From contig BQFW01000008.1 of NCBI GenBank assembly GCA_020891255.1, positions 62,001 through 126,000 on the forward strand: 64,000 nucleotides of DNA, in the 5' to 3' direction. The position numbers and the translations under genes are program-made. Shown here one piece after another: positions 1 to 15,122 of the stretch. The first letter of the stretch is position 1. Each line of letters opens with the position of its first letter. The notes under the pieces were generated by a model. That model worked only from the letters and a program-made list of their open reading frames with translations. It made no database searches and was not told the DNA's origin. This stretch comes from Entomortierella parvispora E1425 (Eukaryota > Fungi > Mortierellomycota).

Positions 1-479
1 GGATTGCCACGCCTCGGAGTCCTGGCCTTGCAGTTGATAGTTTACCTTTCCGGGTACCAACTCGACATCAGCCTCATTCTCCTTGATAGATGTCACAGTG
101 TCGACAGACTTTCCATAGTTGATCTAGAATGGAAGCAAGAAGATGAGTTTGACTGGCTCTGTCATCATCGCTGTCGTCTTTTTGTCGATCCTATATCACT
201 GCAGAGTTGTCTGTACCAAGTAGTGGATGGTAGTCTTTCCTGCAAAGGGTAATCCTGTGATGAGAACAGTGTTCTTTGAGCCCTTCTTTGGTCCCAGCAG
301 TGTTTTTGCTATTGAAGACAACGGAAAGAACATGTGAGCTTGGAATGAACAATGAAATGAACGATTGACGCATGAACAACAAGACAGGGGAGGGACTGAT
401 CCCGAACGACGGTGTTACCAGCCAAGCCAATGATGACCAAGACAAGGGCGATCAAGACCGCATAGATGGCAGTATGCAT
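1..479 (-). CDS. SRP102: Signal recognition particle receptor beta subunit (Arf-like GTPase with N-terminal TM anchor), 3' part outside window
   Basis: Hand-spliced: MHTAIYAVLIALVLVIIGLA (TM) | AKTLLGPKKGSKNTVLITGLPFAGKTTIHYL | INYGKSVDTVTSIKENEA... P-loop GxxxxGKT plus TVTSI switch typical of SRbeta; canonical GT-AG introns; ATG at 479. Confidence 0.8.
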
Positions 480-782
480 GGTGAAGGTGATGATAATGAA
501 GGGAGGGAGAGAAGGAAGGAAGGAAGGAAGGATGAGGATGAGAGAGAGAACCAGCAGGAAAGAACAAGAAAGAAAGTCTGTTTCTGTGCGACCCTCCAAG
601 GACGGACGGGACAGACACACAGACAGAACACACAGACACTTCCACGCCGCTGATTCGTCGCTGATGAAACGCGGTCACCGTTCGCTGGCTCTGCTCCTTC
701 GCCCTTGTTCTTTTCCTTCCTTTTGCCTGGTCTCTTTTGTCCATCCCCTCTCATCCAACAAACAACTCATCTCTCCAGACAA

Positions 783-3534
783 ATGGCACAACCGGAACGC
801 CGACGTCCCGCAGGACAAGAGGACAACGGGACTGCCGTCGCTGCAGACGGACAGGCTGCACCCGCCGCCCCTCGCCGCCAACAAGGACAACAGCAGCAAC
901 AACAATCGACCTTTGGACAGACTGTCATGCAGATGCTCACTCGAGCCATGATGGCCTATGCCATCATGACCTTCTTCAACGGAGGTACAATGTCGACATC
1001 AAGATTGTCTCGATTGGATGCAGGAGAGTAGATGCAACTTGTAACTCAACCTAACGGACTCATTGCTGGTATCTCCTTTTTGTTTTTTTGGTCGACTAGG
1101 CTTCAGTGGCAAGAACAACGCTCCTCCTCCCAACCCAGAGTCTATCATCACCACGCAAACTGGCCCTGATGGAGCTGTTCAGCAGATCGTCACCTCTGTC
1201 CCCGAACCCGCCAAGCTGTTCCCATTCTGGCAGCCCAGCACCAAAGCTGTAAGTCAGTATCATTTGTTCAGTTTGCGCTTTCTCTGATCTGCAGATCTGT
1301 GATGGTCTGGGCCTATTCTAACATCTCATTTTCTGCTTCAGGACCTCTTTGTCTATCTCTCTGAGGACTATGAATTCAAGGACTTTGAGGATAAAAAAAG
1401 CTTGGTCTGGCATGCCGACAACATCGAACTGGGCGATTGGAACGAGGATCGTGTTGTGGATCTGACTGTTGAGCCCTCCAAGGCAAGTTTTTGAGTTTTG
1501 TGATGTTGTACGATTGCAGCGAACGATACACCGATCGCCAACACGCAACGACTCGTTCTTTTGCTCACATTTGTCTTTCTCTTCTTTTCTTTCTTTTTTG
1601 ATGCATACGCGCGTACCGTCACTTCTGTTGGGGGATTCTTATTCGACCAAAACAGCACGTTCAACATAATGGAACTCTCTACGCCCATATCTACTTTGCC
1701 AGACACCCCGTGAACATCAATCCCGCCTCACCCAACTTCAGCGTCGACGATCGTGTGTACCAAAGAAAGAGTAAGCATCGGATGGTCTTCAGCAAGATCA
1801 AAACTGACATGCAGATGGGTCATGAGTTCATGATATTAACCCAAGTTTCTCATTCCCTGATAGTGCTGACGCGTTACTACCCCAAGAAGAGAGAAGTCAA
1901 GGTTAAGAAGCTTGTTGGTGGAAAGCACGATGAAGCTGAAGTTGAAAAGCCTGCAGAGGAGGAAGAGGTAACACATGGTCATTTTTTTTTCTTTGTGTGG
2001 TCGATTTAGCAGGATGTGATGCTCACCCTTTCATCTCTTCCAGGTCCAAGCCCCATCCACCTCTATTGTCTCTTACTGGCACCAAAACTTGACAATTACT
2101 GTGCTCTCGGATCGCACTGTGATTCCCTATGCAGCCGTTCCCCCAGAGATGAAGGGCAGTAAGTTACCACCCGACTTTTCCGTAGTTATATGTAACAAAA
2201 CATCATAGAAACTAATGGCTTGCTGACTCTTTTCGATTGATCCGATAGTGTACCAGCTGGAAAGCACTGGTTTGCGTGATGAGCATGGTGGTGGATTTGT
2301 CCTTCCCGCTGTCTATGTTAATGACTTTTGGCTGTTGAAGGACCAGATGACTCAGATCAACGACACCGTCAAGTAGGTTCATTATCTGTAGGCAATCTGC
2401 TGTATTTGGAGTCAAGAAGGAACATTGCTAACGCTGATATATTTTTGCTTTGTTTTGGTATCAGGGAGCTTCCACTGCGTATCAACTTCTATCCTATCAG
2501 CTACATGAAGCTCCAGATGTACTCCGCAGCTGATGTTGGCATGAAGAAGCAGACTGGCATGATGGGCAGCACAGGCAGCGAGTTGGACGAAGTGAAGCGC
2601 ATGTTGGTTGAGACCAACCCCTTTCTCTTGGTTTTGACAGTTGTTGTTACCTGTCTTCACAGTCTCTTTGAGATGCTTGCTTTCAAGAACGGTATGCATT
2701 GAGATTCAGTTGGAATGGCGAGAAAGCAGTTAATTTATCCTCCCGGAAGAGGTGGTCTAACTGTAGTCCCTTCTCCAACCATTAGATATTGCGTTCTGGA
2801 AGGACAAGAAGGGAACAGCAGGCCTCTCTGTTCGCTCCATTTTCTTGGACATTGCTCAACAAATCATTGTCTTTGCTTACTTGATGGACAACAACCAGGA
2901 GACGAGCTATATGATTCTTTTCGGTCAGGGTGTTGGATTGGCGATTGAGCTCTGGAAAGTTAAGAAGGCGCTCAAAGTCGACATTGTCCCTGCCACGACT
3001 GGAATGTGGCCATATCGTCTCCACTTCAACACCTCGGAGCCTCTCACGGATCTCGAATCCAAGACCAAGGAGTACGATGAAGAGGCCTTCAAGTACTTGT
3101 CCTGGGCTGCGTTCCCCTTGTTGGGATGCTATGCCATCTACTCTCTCCTGTACGAGGAGCACAAGTCATGGTACTCGTACGTTGTCGGCACTTTGGTTGG
3201 CTTTGTTTACACCTTTGGTTTCATCAAGATGACTCCTCAGCTGTTCATCAACTACAAGCTCAAGAGTGTCGCCCACATGCCTTTCCGCACCATGATGTAC
3301 AAGTCGTTGAACACTTTCATCGATGACTTGTTCTCATTCATCATCAAGATGCCCATGCTCCATCGTCTTGCCTGTCTTCGTGATGATATTGTCTTTTTCA
3401 TCTACCTGTATCAGCGCTGGATCTACCGCACCGATCACTCGCGTGCCAACGAGTTCGGTCAGGTCGGTGAGGACGAGGAAGAAACAAAGACCTTGCCAGA
3501 GGGCAGCACCGCCGAGTCCAAGAAGGACAAGTAG
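783..3534 (+). CDS. CLPTM1: CLPTM1-family multi-pass ER membrane protein
   Basis: Multi-exon. Motifs HVQHNGTLYAHIYF, SYWHQNLT, VYVNDFW, ETNPFLL...LHSLFEMLAFKND, FGFIKMTPQLFINYKLKSVAHMP, LNTFIDDLFSFIIKMP, YLYQRWIYR; C-terminal KKxx (SKKDK). One intron is GC-AG (1483-1655). Confidence 0.93.
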
Positions 3535-3758
3535 AATTTTTGACCATCTTTTTTGACATTAAAATATTTGAATACATGAATCACCCTGAATGTCTCCGAG
3601 AAGCGGTTTTCACGGCATGCCAGAGATGCTTTGCTGCCGAGAGTCGCCGATCTTTACCCACACATTACAAGCATCGTTGCTGAAGATCCAACCAATTCAT
3701 TTTCTTTTTTCTTTTTCTTTTATTTATTGCTGGAACAAATATGTGATATACCGTTTTT

Positions 3759-4984
3759 CTAGTATGCACCTCCTTTCCGGTAGACATGTTGCCATTTTTC
3801 TACAATAAAGTCGCCAAAGTTGATATCGCCGTTCAATAGTTTCGCGGCCACAGTGCGGGAGTCGCCCTTCTTTGGCTCGGCGTTCTCAAGATCTTCCTTG
3901 GCGCGCTGATCGCTCAAAAGACTGTAGCTTCCTGAAGCAGCCTGACCCTTGAACTCCTCCTTGACCAACAATGGGATCTTGGCCTTGTAGTCAGGGTAGT
4001 AGAAGCAGCACATAGAGTAACGCTCCTCCTGACCATTGCTGACGACGCGATGCAAAGGACTAATGAACTTTCCTCCAGTCAAGAGCGAGAGGTAATCGCC
4101 TCCATTGACCACCAGAGTGTTTTCGAGTGAAGGAACATCGTGCCAGGCCTTCTCATGGAACAGTTGAAGACCAACAGTCTTGGAAGGGGACAGGATCAAG
4201 GTCAAGAACCCCCAGTCTGTATGGGCGCTGTCAGGATCATGGCGAAAAAAGAAGTTGTAAACCTAAAGTGTCAGCCAACGAACAACCTCCAAAACCAACA
4301 ACCAGTTCTTGAGAAAACAAGCTGTTACCTTGAACCAATTTGGGCGGAATTCCCCTGGTCGACATAGGGCAAGTAATGGAAGAGACGCATGAACGAGATG
4401 GTCTCGCTGGTAGTGCAGTATTGCGCCAATTCATTCTCGGGCAGCGCCAGAGCCAAGGAGACGCCTGCCAACAAGCCCTTCGCGACCTGGCACACGTTTA
4501 AATAAAAGTCTTGCAGCGTCTGCTTGAAAGCATCCTTGTGGCCTTGATCCAGTCCTTCCAAAGTGTGATCCTCGGGCCAGGAGTTGGGTCCCTGGAGTCC
4601 ATTGAGATCCTTGTTTTCAATCTTGGACTTGAGGACCTCTGCATCCCATTCGTATCCATAAGAGAAGCCCTCTTTGACCTCTTTGGTGGTCGAGCCGGAT
4701 TCGCCTCCGATGGGGACGTAACCACGCGTGAATCCTCCAGGCTGGATCTTGGGGATGGCGGCCTTTTGAGCGGGATCCAGAGCAAAGAGGCGTTGCGTGG
4801 CATCGAGAACACGGTACGTCTCTGAGGAGGAGAACAAGGGGTGGGAGGGGGAGGTGATGTAAAAGACGCCGTAGGTGGTGAATGCGTCGAGTAATGTCAA
4901 GGCGACATGTTGCTTGTCCTGCAGAGAGGATACCGAGTCAAGCAAGGGCGTAATGTCGATCTTTGGAATGGCGAGTGGCGACAT
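3759..4984 (-). CDS. 2-oxoglutarate/Fe(II)-dependent dioxygenase (IPNS/DIOX_N type)
   Basis: MSPLAIPKIDITPLL..., GFTRGY...KEGF, N.WP, MRLFHY; after one intron GSSAHTDWGFLTLI (HxD), LHRVV (distal His), RYSMCCF (RxS). Confidence 0.92.
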
Positions 4985-5156
4985 GGTTGGTTGGTTGATT
5001 GGCTGAGGCGGGAAGGAAAGAGGAGAACGGGGAAAGAAGAGAGAGGAAGAGAGCGAAAAAAGAGAAATCTCCGAGAAAGGCGCATCCCCGAGGGAGAAAC
5101 AGAAACGAAAAAAGAGACTTGGGTCGGCGTGGGGAAGGCACATGACGCCACCAATT

Positions 5157-6036
5157 TTATTTCGCTGTCGCGTTGTTCTGGATGTTGCTGTGGATGCTGC
5201 CCTCGATGCTGCTGCTGGGAGAGCGGCAGGATCCACAGGTACTTTCCTCTTCTTCTGCAGGTACTTTCCGCATGGATCTATATGTGATGCTGACTCGTCT
5301 GGAGCGAACAATCTCCTCGGCTCCATGATATTCGACGAGATCCTTGGAGATGCTGTGTTTGAACTCGTATCGGCTAGGTCCGTTCATGATGACCAGAGAC
5401 CTTCGAGCTGAATACAGAGGCCATTGACGAATATGTCAGTCAAGGTGCATTGTTCATTGAACCAACAATGATCACATCTTCATCTCCATACACGGCCATC
5501 AGTATCTTACGTAGCAGGATCGGGTATACAATGCTGGGATCCTTGACATGCTGAAAAGTCATTATACAGGCCGACAACAAGGAGAGCGCTGTAATCGTTG
5601 GACCAAACAACTTGGGTGCATCCACATGGGGCATGATTCCTTGACCAGCATCATACTCGTTCACAATAATGGTCTCTGGACTGGAGGTGTAGATCCCACG
5701 TTCCAACAACCGTTCCGTCACAAAATCAAACAGGGCAGGAAGTGGTTCAGGTTCACCGACCCATTGACTGCATGCATGCAAAGAAAGAGATAGCGGTCAG
5801 AATTCCTGAATGTATCTCGACACATACATGGAATCATCGTCGTGCCATATGTCGTATATTTACCGCAGTCGATAGCTGAAGACACTGCCATAGTGCTGAT
5901 GCCTCCGTTTCATTTCGGGATTGGGCTCGACTCCTCGTCCGGCCCAATGTTGCTGATCCAGCGCTTGAATGAGTGCCTGCTCCTCGGCCTCCGAGACGAA
6001 ATCTTCAAGGACGGTCAGTCCAGTCGGTGCGTCCAT
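5157..6036 (-). CDS. Stand-alone AlkB-family (ALKBH8-like AlkB domain) 2OG-Fe(II) dioxygenase
   Basis: Three exons: GLTVLEDFVSEAEEQALI...RRHQHYG..FSYR | VNEYDAGQGIMPHVD (HxD)...SLLSACIMTF | LPRRSLVIMNGPSRYEFKHSI...RSRRVSITYR (His and RxxxxxR). No RRM or methyltransferase domain attached. Confidence 0.88.
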
Positions 6037-6331
6037 GTCGTCCACGAGTACATGACCCAGCCAAGCCCAAAAAGAAATTGTCGATTGCAAAGAATGAGAA
6101 GGAAAGGTTTTGGCTCCATGCAAATGACTTCGCCCGCGATGTCGAAGAGAGAGTTGGACATCTTGGTGGCTTGGCTCTTTTTTTCTTTTTTTTCTCTCTG
6201 CAAGACCTGATCGCTTTGGGCTGCAAATGCATTCTCCATTTCACCTTTGACGCGCACAGGACAGAAGAAACTCGGCCCCGTCTCAATTGCAGGACCAACA
6301 CACAGGCTCCGACTCTCTTCCAACTTACAGA

Positions 6332-8033
6332 ATGGACACGACCAATGCCCAGGATGCAATTCTGCCTAGCCAGGCCGATGCTCCGTCCACAACGATCGAG
6401 TCGCAAAGCACCGACACTACGGCCGTAGTCGCACCACCCGCAAAGGACCAAACACCATCCTCAGAGTCTACCAACCCCAAATCCGACAACCCACACTGGA
6501 AGCCACGGGCACCGCGTATGGTTGGACCTGATGGTCAGCTGTTGTCAAGGAACGCGACCAAGAAGCTGATCAAGCAGCAGGAATTCTTGGAGCGGAAACC
6601 TTTGATGAAGCAACAAGAGAAGCTGAAGCGCAAAAAGAAGCAACAGGAACGGAGAGAGGCTATTGAGAAAGGTAGGTGCCTTATCTACGCTTTGCTCTGT
6701 ATATAGATCATCGGGCTATATCATGGAACCGGCATGTTAATTCCCTTGATTCCCTCGCCAATTTTTTTTCTTTCGAAAATCGTAGGTTTGATTGAACCCA
6801 AGAGACGGAAACTGGATCCAACACAGTCAGGAATCACCATCGGTATCGACATGTCTTTCGATGACCATATGCTGGATAAGGTATAGGATGAGTCGCTCTT
6901 GCATTTTGGAGTCATCATGTTTAATGAAGCATGACTGAACTTTGCTTTTTTTTTTTTTTCTTTTTTTTTTTTTCGGGCGTGAATAGGAAGTCAAATCGAT
7001 GGTAGATCAAATCAAAAGGTGCTACTCTTTCAATAAGGGCTGTGATAAGATTGTTCATTTGGCTCTGACCTCCTTCACAGGCAAATCCAGGGTCGAATTT
7101 GCAAAGCGTGCACATGGATTTGAACTCTGGCGAAACTTTACCTACCACGATGAAAGTCTGGAAAAGGTATGGCCCTCGGCCGAAATTCCTGGCAAGGAAC
7201 GCATGGAAAGCATCAAGAAGCTACAGGCAATGGCGGCTGAGAAATCTGAAGCTGCAAAGGCAAAGGCTTTGGCGGCACAGGCAGCAGCAGCAGCAGCGGG
7301 AACGTCAGAAGGGAGCAGTCAAACGGAGCAACCGATAACTGTCGATTCACCTGCACACTCATTAACAGAGGCTGAAATCAAGGCTCTGGAGCAGGAACGA
7401 TTTGTGAGAGAGGAGAATTTGGCGACGATACCAGCAGTAAACAAGATTGTGTACCTGAGTGCAGACTCGCCCAATACGATCACGCAACTGGATCCAGGAA
7501 CTTGCTATGTCATGGGCGGTATTGTCGATAAGAACCGGTATCCATTCCTGTGCCAGAACAAGGCGGAGGCTCTGGGAATCGAGACGGCACAGTTGCCTAT
7601 TGGAGAATACATTCAGATGTCAAGTCGTCGCGTGTTGACTGTCAACCAAGGTAAATGGGTGTTCGCTTTGGTTTGGTGTTTCTGTATGACACTGAATGGT
7701 ATCGGTCTGTTTCACTGACCAAACTATTGTACTCTAGTGTTTGAGATTTTGCTCCACTTTATCGAGTGTAACGACTGGAAGGAGGCTTTCCTAAAGGTGA
7801 TTCCTCAGCGCAAACTGGAGGAGAAACAACGCATCCGCCGGGGCACTGCCGCATGGAGAGAAAAATATGGCTCTGAGGGCAAAAGTCGCCCCAGCAACTC
7901 CGGCGCTAACAGCGTTGCTAGTGGAGACGATAATGACGAGGATGACGAGGATGAGGATGAGAACAGCTATAACAGTGATGAAGAGGGCAACAAGGGTCAG
8001 AAAGACCAGGATGGTGCCGAGCAAGAGAACTAG
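6332..8033 (+). CDS. TRM10: tRNA (guanine-9-N1)-methyltransferase Trm10 (SPOUT)
   Basis: Four exons; IDMSFDDHM.DKEVKSMVDQIKRCYSFNK, VYLSADSPNTI, YVMGGIVDKNRY, AQLPIGEYI...RRVLTVNQVFEILL, W.EAFLKVIPQRK; acidic tail. Confidence 0.93.
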
Positions 8034-8938
8034 ATATAGGAAGCCGTTGTTTATAAATATATCTCCCGTGTTTCTCAAGACTGGGAACAGACCTCAGTGG
8101 ACTGGAAACGGACCTTAGTGCATGCATGCATGGGCGCGTTTTTTTTTCCTTTTTTCTGCCACTGTTGCACAACTTCCTGTATTTTTTTTTTTGAGAGCGT
8201 TCTCTTCAAGGCCACTTTCCCGGAAATAAACTCGCGCAAGATGGATGCTTAAAATGGAGGAAAGAGCATTCCTTTGCAGCGACGAACAACAACGAGAGGT
8301 CCGAGACTGTGAACACTGGACCCAAACCTGAATCTGAATCTGAATCTTTCACGCTGAAAAGAGACACAGAGTGAGAGAGGCTGCGAGAAAGAGAGCGATT
8401 GAGGAAGGAGAGAGAGAAAAAGAGAGAGCGATACTCGGCTGTGCGGAAAGGCCGAGGGAAGCCGAAGACCGGACAAAAGGGTGAACCACGAACAGCCCAA
8501 CAGAAGGGCCAAAGAAAACAAGAAACCATGAATTGAGCAAGCTAGCCAATGGTAGCCGAGTGGCGCCGCTCCGTCGAACCGGTGCCTTGCTACAACAAGG
8601 AGAGGGGGGTGGAAGATGGGACCAATGAGTAGAGAGGGAGACCAGCACAGTCAGGGACAGCAACTCCGAAGAACAAAAAAACCAGACGGTGTTTGTTGCT
8701 GTCTTGCAGGGCAGCAAGGGCGGCCAAAAAGTCAATCGAGGATAAGAATCAGAATCACCCGTTCATCGTGCGCGCTGCAGCAGAGCAGCAGGCCAGCGGA
8801 AGGACAAACAGACCAGAGCCAACCAGTTGTCGCGCCAAGGCGAAAGAGGGGAAGGCTGTATCTTTTGACCATTTAATTACAATATGATTCAAGTCAATCA
8901 ATTGACACCCACAGGAACCATCCCACTTTCTGTCGTGT

Positions 8939-8969
<31 letters not shown>

Positions 8970-9135
8970 CGTTCCCACTCCACCGGCGTGCTGTACCACT
9001 TTGACCTTTCGACATTGCCCACTTTGCCCTCTTCATCCTCTTCCTCTCTCTTTCTTTTTCTTCCTTCTCATCATCATCCTTCGTCATCTTTCTCTCTCTC
9101 GTTGTCCCCTTCCCCCCATTCGTTCATCTTTCATA

Positions 9136-10596
9136 ATGCCGCCAGAGTCAACATACGTCGAGCCGGTGGCCAAGAAGAACATCATCTCAAAGTCGCAACT
9201 CGAGGCAAGATGCAAGGCTGGCGAGATTCTCATCGTCATCAACCAAAAGGTTTACAAGCTCGACAAGTGGATCAAGCATCATCCCGGTGGCCAGCTTGCC
9301 ATCCGCCACTGCATCGGTCGTGATTGCACGGACGAGGTCAAGGCTCTTCACCCCGATTACGTTCTTGAAAAGAAGATCAAGTACTTTGAGATTGCCGACT
9401 ACCTTCCTCGCGAGTCCGACGCAGAATTTGCACCAATTGTCGCTCAAACCCACCGCTCCAAGGAGGACATCCTTGCTGCTCAGTCTGTCCAGGTCTCGGC
9501 CGCATACCGTCAGCTCGAGATCCGGCTTCGGGAACAGGGCCTCTTTGAGACCAATTACATCAACTATGCCTGGGAATTCTCTCGGTACCTGACTCTGTTC
9601 ACAATGGCCATTGTTCTGAACTTGTACGGCACCTGCACCATGCATTATATGGCCTCGGCCCTGTGCCTGGCCATGTTCTGGCACCAGGTCTCGTTCTTTG
9701 CCCACGACGCCGGCCACAACTCGATCTCGCACAACCTCGCTATTGACAATGGCATCGGTATCTTCTTGGCTGACTTTTTGGGGGGGCTGTCGATCGGCTG
9801 GTGGAAGAAATCGCACTATGTGCATCACATCGTGACCAATCACCCTATCCACGACCCTGATATCCAGCACCTGCCCTTTTTTGCTGTCACGACCCGTATC
9901 TTTCAGGGATTCTATTCGACCTACCATCAAAAGGAGATGGTCTTTGACCGGGTGGCCCAGTTCTTTGTGTCATACCAGCACTATCTTTACTACCCCGTCA
10001 TGATGTTTGGACGTTTCAACCTCTACGTCCAATCGATGCTCTTCCTCGCCAAGGAACCCGTTTACCCCTACAGGAAGCAGGAGATCTTTGGCTTGACAAT
10101 TTACTGGATCTGGTACCCCTACTTCCTCAAGCAGCTGCCCTCCTGGAACATGATTATTGCTTATGTTTTTATCTCGCACATGTTTACCTTCATGTTGCAC
10201 GTCCAGATCACGCTGTCGCACTTTGGAATGTCCTCAGAAGAGCTTGGCGACAACGAGTCCTTTGCGGCCAAGATGCTCCGCACCACCATGGATATCGACT
10301 GCCCTACCTGGTTGGATTGGTTCCACGGAGGACTTCAGTTCCAGGCCATCCACCATCTCTTCCCTCGCATGCCTCGCCACAACCTGAGAAATGCTCAGCC
10401 TTTTGTCAAGGAATTCTGTGACGAAGTTGGATTGACCTATCACATTTATGGTTTTGCAAAGGGAAACGCCGTCGTGTACACAGCCCTCAAGGACGTTGCA
10501 GACCAGGTCGGCTTTTTCCTTGAGGTTGCAAAACACGAGGCCAAGGAGTACGTCGACGCCCAAAAGATCGTCCTCCCCTCCAAGAAGGACGACTAG
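9136..10596 (+). CDS. SLD1: Cytochrome b5-fused membrane desaturase, sphingolipid delta-8 desaturase type
   Basis: Intronless, 486 aa from ATG 9136: b5 HPGG; His boxes HDAGH, HYVHH (WWKKSHYVHHIVTNHPIHDPDIQHLP) and QAIHH; QITLSHF and RTTMDIDCP.WLDWFHGGLQFQ match fungal sphingolipid desaturases; C-terminal KKxx. Confidence 0.9.
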   Translation: MPPESTYVEPVAKKNIISKSQLEARCKAGEILIVINQKVYKLDKWIKHHPGGQLAIRHCIGRDCTDEVKALHPDYVLEKKIKYFEIADYLPRESDAEFAPIVAQTHRSKEDILAAQSVQVSAAYRQLEIRLREQGLFETNYINYAWEFSRYLTLFTMAIVLNLYGTCTMHYMASALCLAMFWHQVSFFAHDAGHNSISHNLAIDNGIGIFLADFLGGLSIGWWKKSHYVHHIVTNHPIHDPDIQHLPFFAVTTRIFQGFYSTYHQKEMVFDRVAQFFVSYQHYLYYPVMMFGRFNLYVQSMLFLAKEPVYPYRKQEIFGLTIYWIWYPYFLKQLPSWNMIIAYVFISHMFTFMLHVQITLSHFGMSSEELGDNESFAAKMLRTTMDIDCPTWLDWFHGGLQFQAIHHLFPRMPRHNLRNAQPFVKEFCDEVGLTYHIYGFAKGNAVVYTALKDVADQVGFFLEVAKHEAKEYVDAQKIVLPSKKDD

Positions 10597-11445
10597 CGAA
10601 TTAGAAGACCCACCCCAACACCCAAAAAAAAAAAATCCCTCTCGCTCGCTCATCAACACCAACATCTTTATTACTACCTTTTTTTTTTCTTTTCTTTTTT
10701 CGGCAACCATTGGAACTTTCGGTTCTTTCTTCACTCTCTTTCTCATGGACACCCTTCTTTTTCGTCTATTTTTTTTTCACTATTCTCCTTTTTTCATTCT
10801 TTGCTTGTTTATTTTCCTTTTCCATTCGCACTTTTTTTTTCTATTTGATACCTGTCTGTGAGAAGAACAAATAAAAAAAGATCGAGTTTGGCGCCAAAAG
10901 AAAAGAAGGAAGCAATTGCTATTGCTGTCGGCCCCTGTTGTGTTTCCTGTGTTCCTAATATAGACGCTAGAAAGCCAAGAACCCAAGAAGAGGGAGATGA
11001 GAAAAAAAAAAGCCGAACTATTGAGAGGATTTTTTTTTCCGTGGGAGAGTTTTTTTGGTTCCGATGGCGAGGAAGCAAGTTATTTTGGACCGATCATCGG
11101 GATCAACAATAACCGGTATCTTGCGTCCTAATCTGTGAAGGCGGATACCTCCTTCAGTCGTATCCTCCTCGAAATTCTCCCTCGAACCCTCCTCGAATTC
11201 ACATCCCCTTTTTCCCTTGAGTAGTGTATCTACTAAAGAAACATGTATCAACCATTGGTGACACATTCCTTGCTGCCCGACCCTTTCATAACAAACAGCG
11301 CAACGCAAGGAGGAGTGGTCCATTTATTCTCTCTTTTTTTTTTTTTTTTGGAAAATAAATCTCTTACTTTTCTACCGCAACTTGTCAGCTCAGTCTATGT
11401 ATTGATCTTGGATCCCATCCCGTGTTTCCTTCAATCTGCCTTGCA

Positions 11446-14659
<3,214 letters not shown>

Positions 14660-15122
14660 GCAGATTCAGACCAGGAGATAGGGTTGAACGAGCAAAGGAA
14701 CAGGGGAAGAACAGGGGAAAAGAGGAAGGAAGGAACGAGAGGTCTAAGGTCTACGACGGTGAGAAGGGGGAGCAAAACGGCGAGAACAAAGAGATGCAAT
14801 GAGGATGGATGTCTGTCAGTCAGTCAGTCAAAGAACAGAAATGACCTCGCCAACATGGCATGCGGGGAGAGTCAGATGCCAGTGTGTCAGACAGGAATGA
14901 CAGCACGTGATGTCGGCGCGTTTCATTTTTTTTTTTTTTTTTCTTTCTTTCTTTCTTTTCATTCCTGTCCCCTTCTCTCTCGTTCTCTTTCTGTCTTCCT
15001 CCTCCACTCACGACGCTCTGCGTGGATATGACTTCTGAAAGTTAACATGTATTAACCTGATGTGTATAATAATGTGGTGCTAACTGAATTTCGATATCGC
15101 GTCAAAGGTGCTCTTTCTACTT

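Noticed and set aside
8884-9135. Long N-terminal extensions in the ORF track (also 25207-25422, 50573-50725, 58399-58539, 4985-5326, 35847-36062)
   Set aside because: They translate pyrimidine-rich 5'UTR into F/L/S/P low-complexity text; family homology starts at the downstream ATG.
9187-9930. Long antisense ORFs (also 11662-12360, 23244-23813, 25522-26247, 38858-39496, 49275-50012)
   Set aside because: Shadow frames of codon-biased real genes on the opposite strand.
11018-11323. 101-aa ORF with CxxC and acidic TCGAGG repeats
   Set aside because: In the 3' flank of YME1; no recognisable domain or convincing gene structure.
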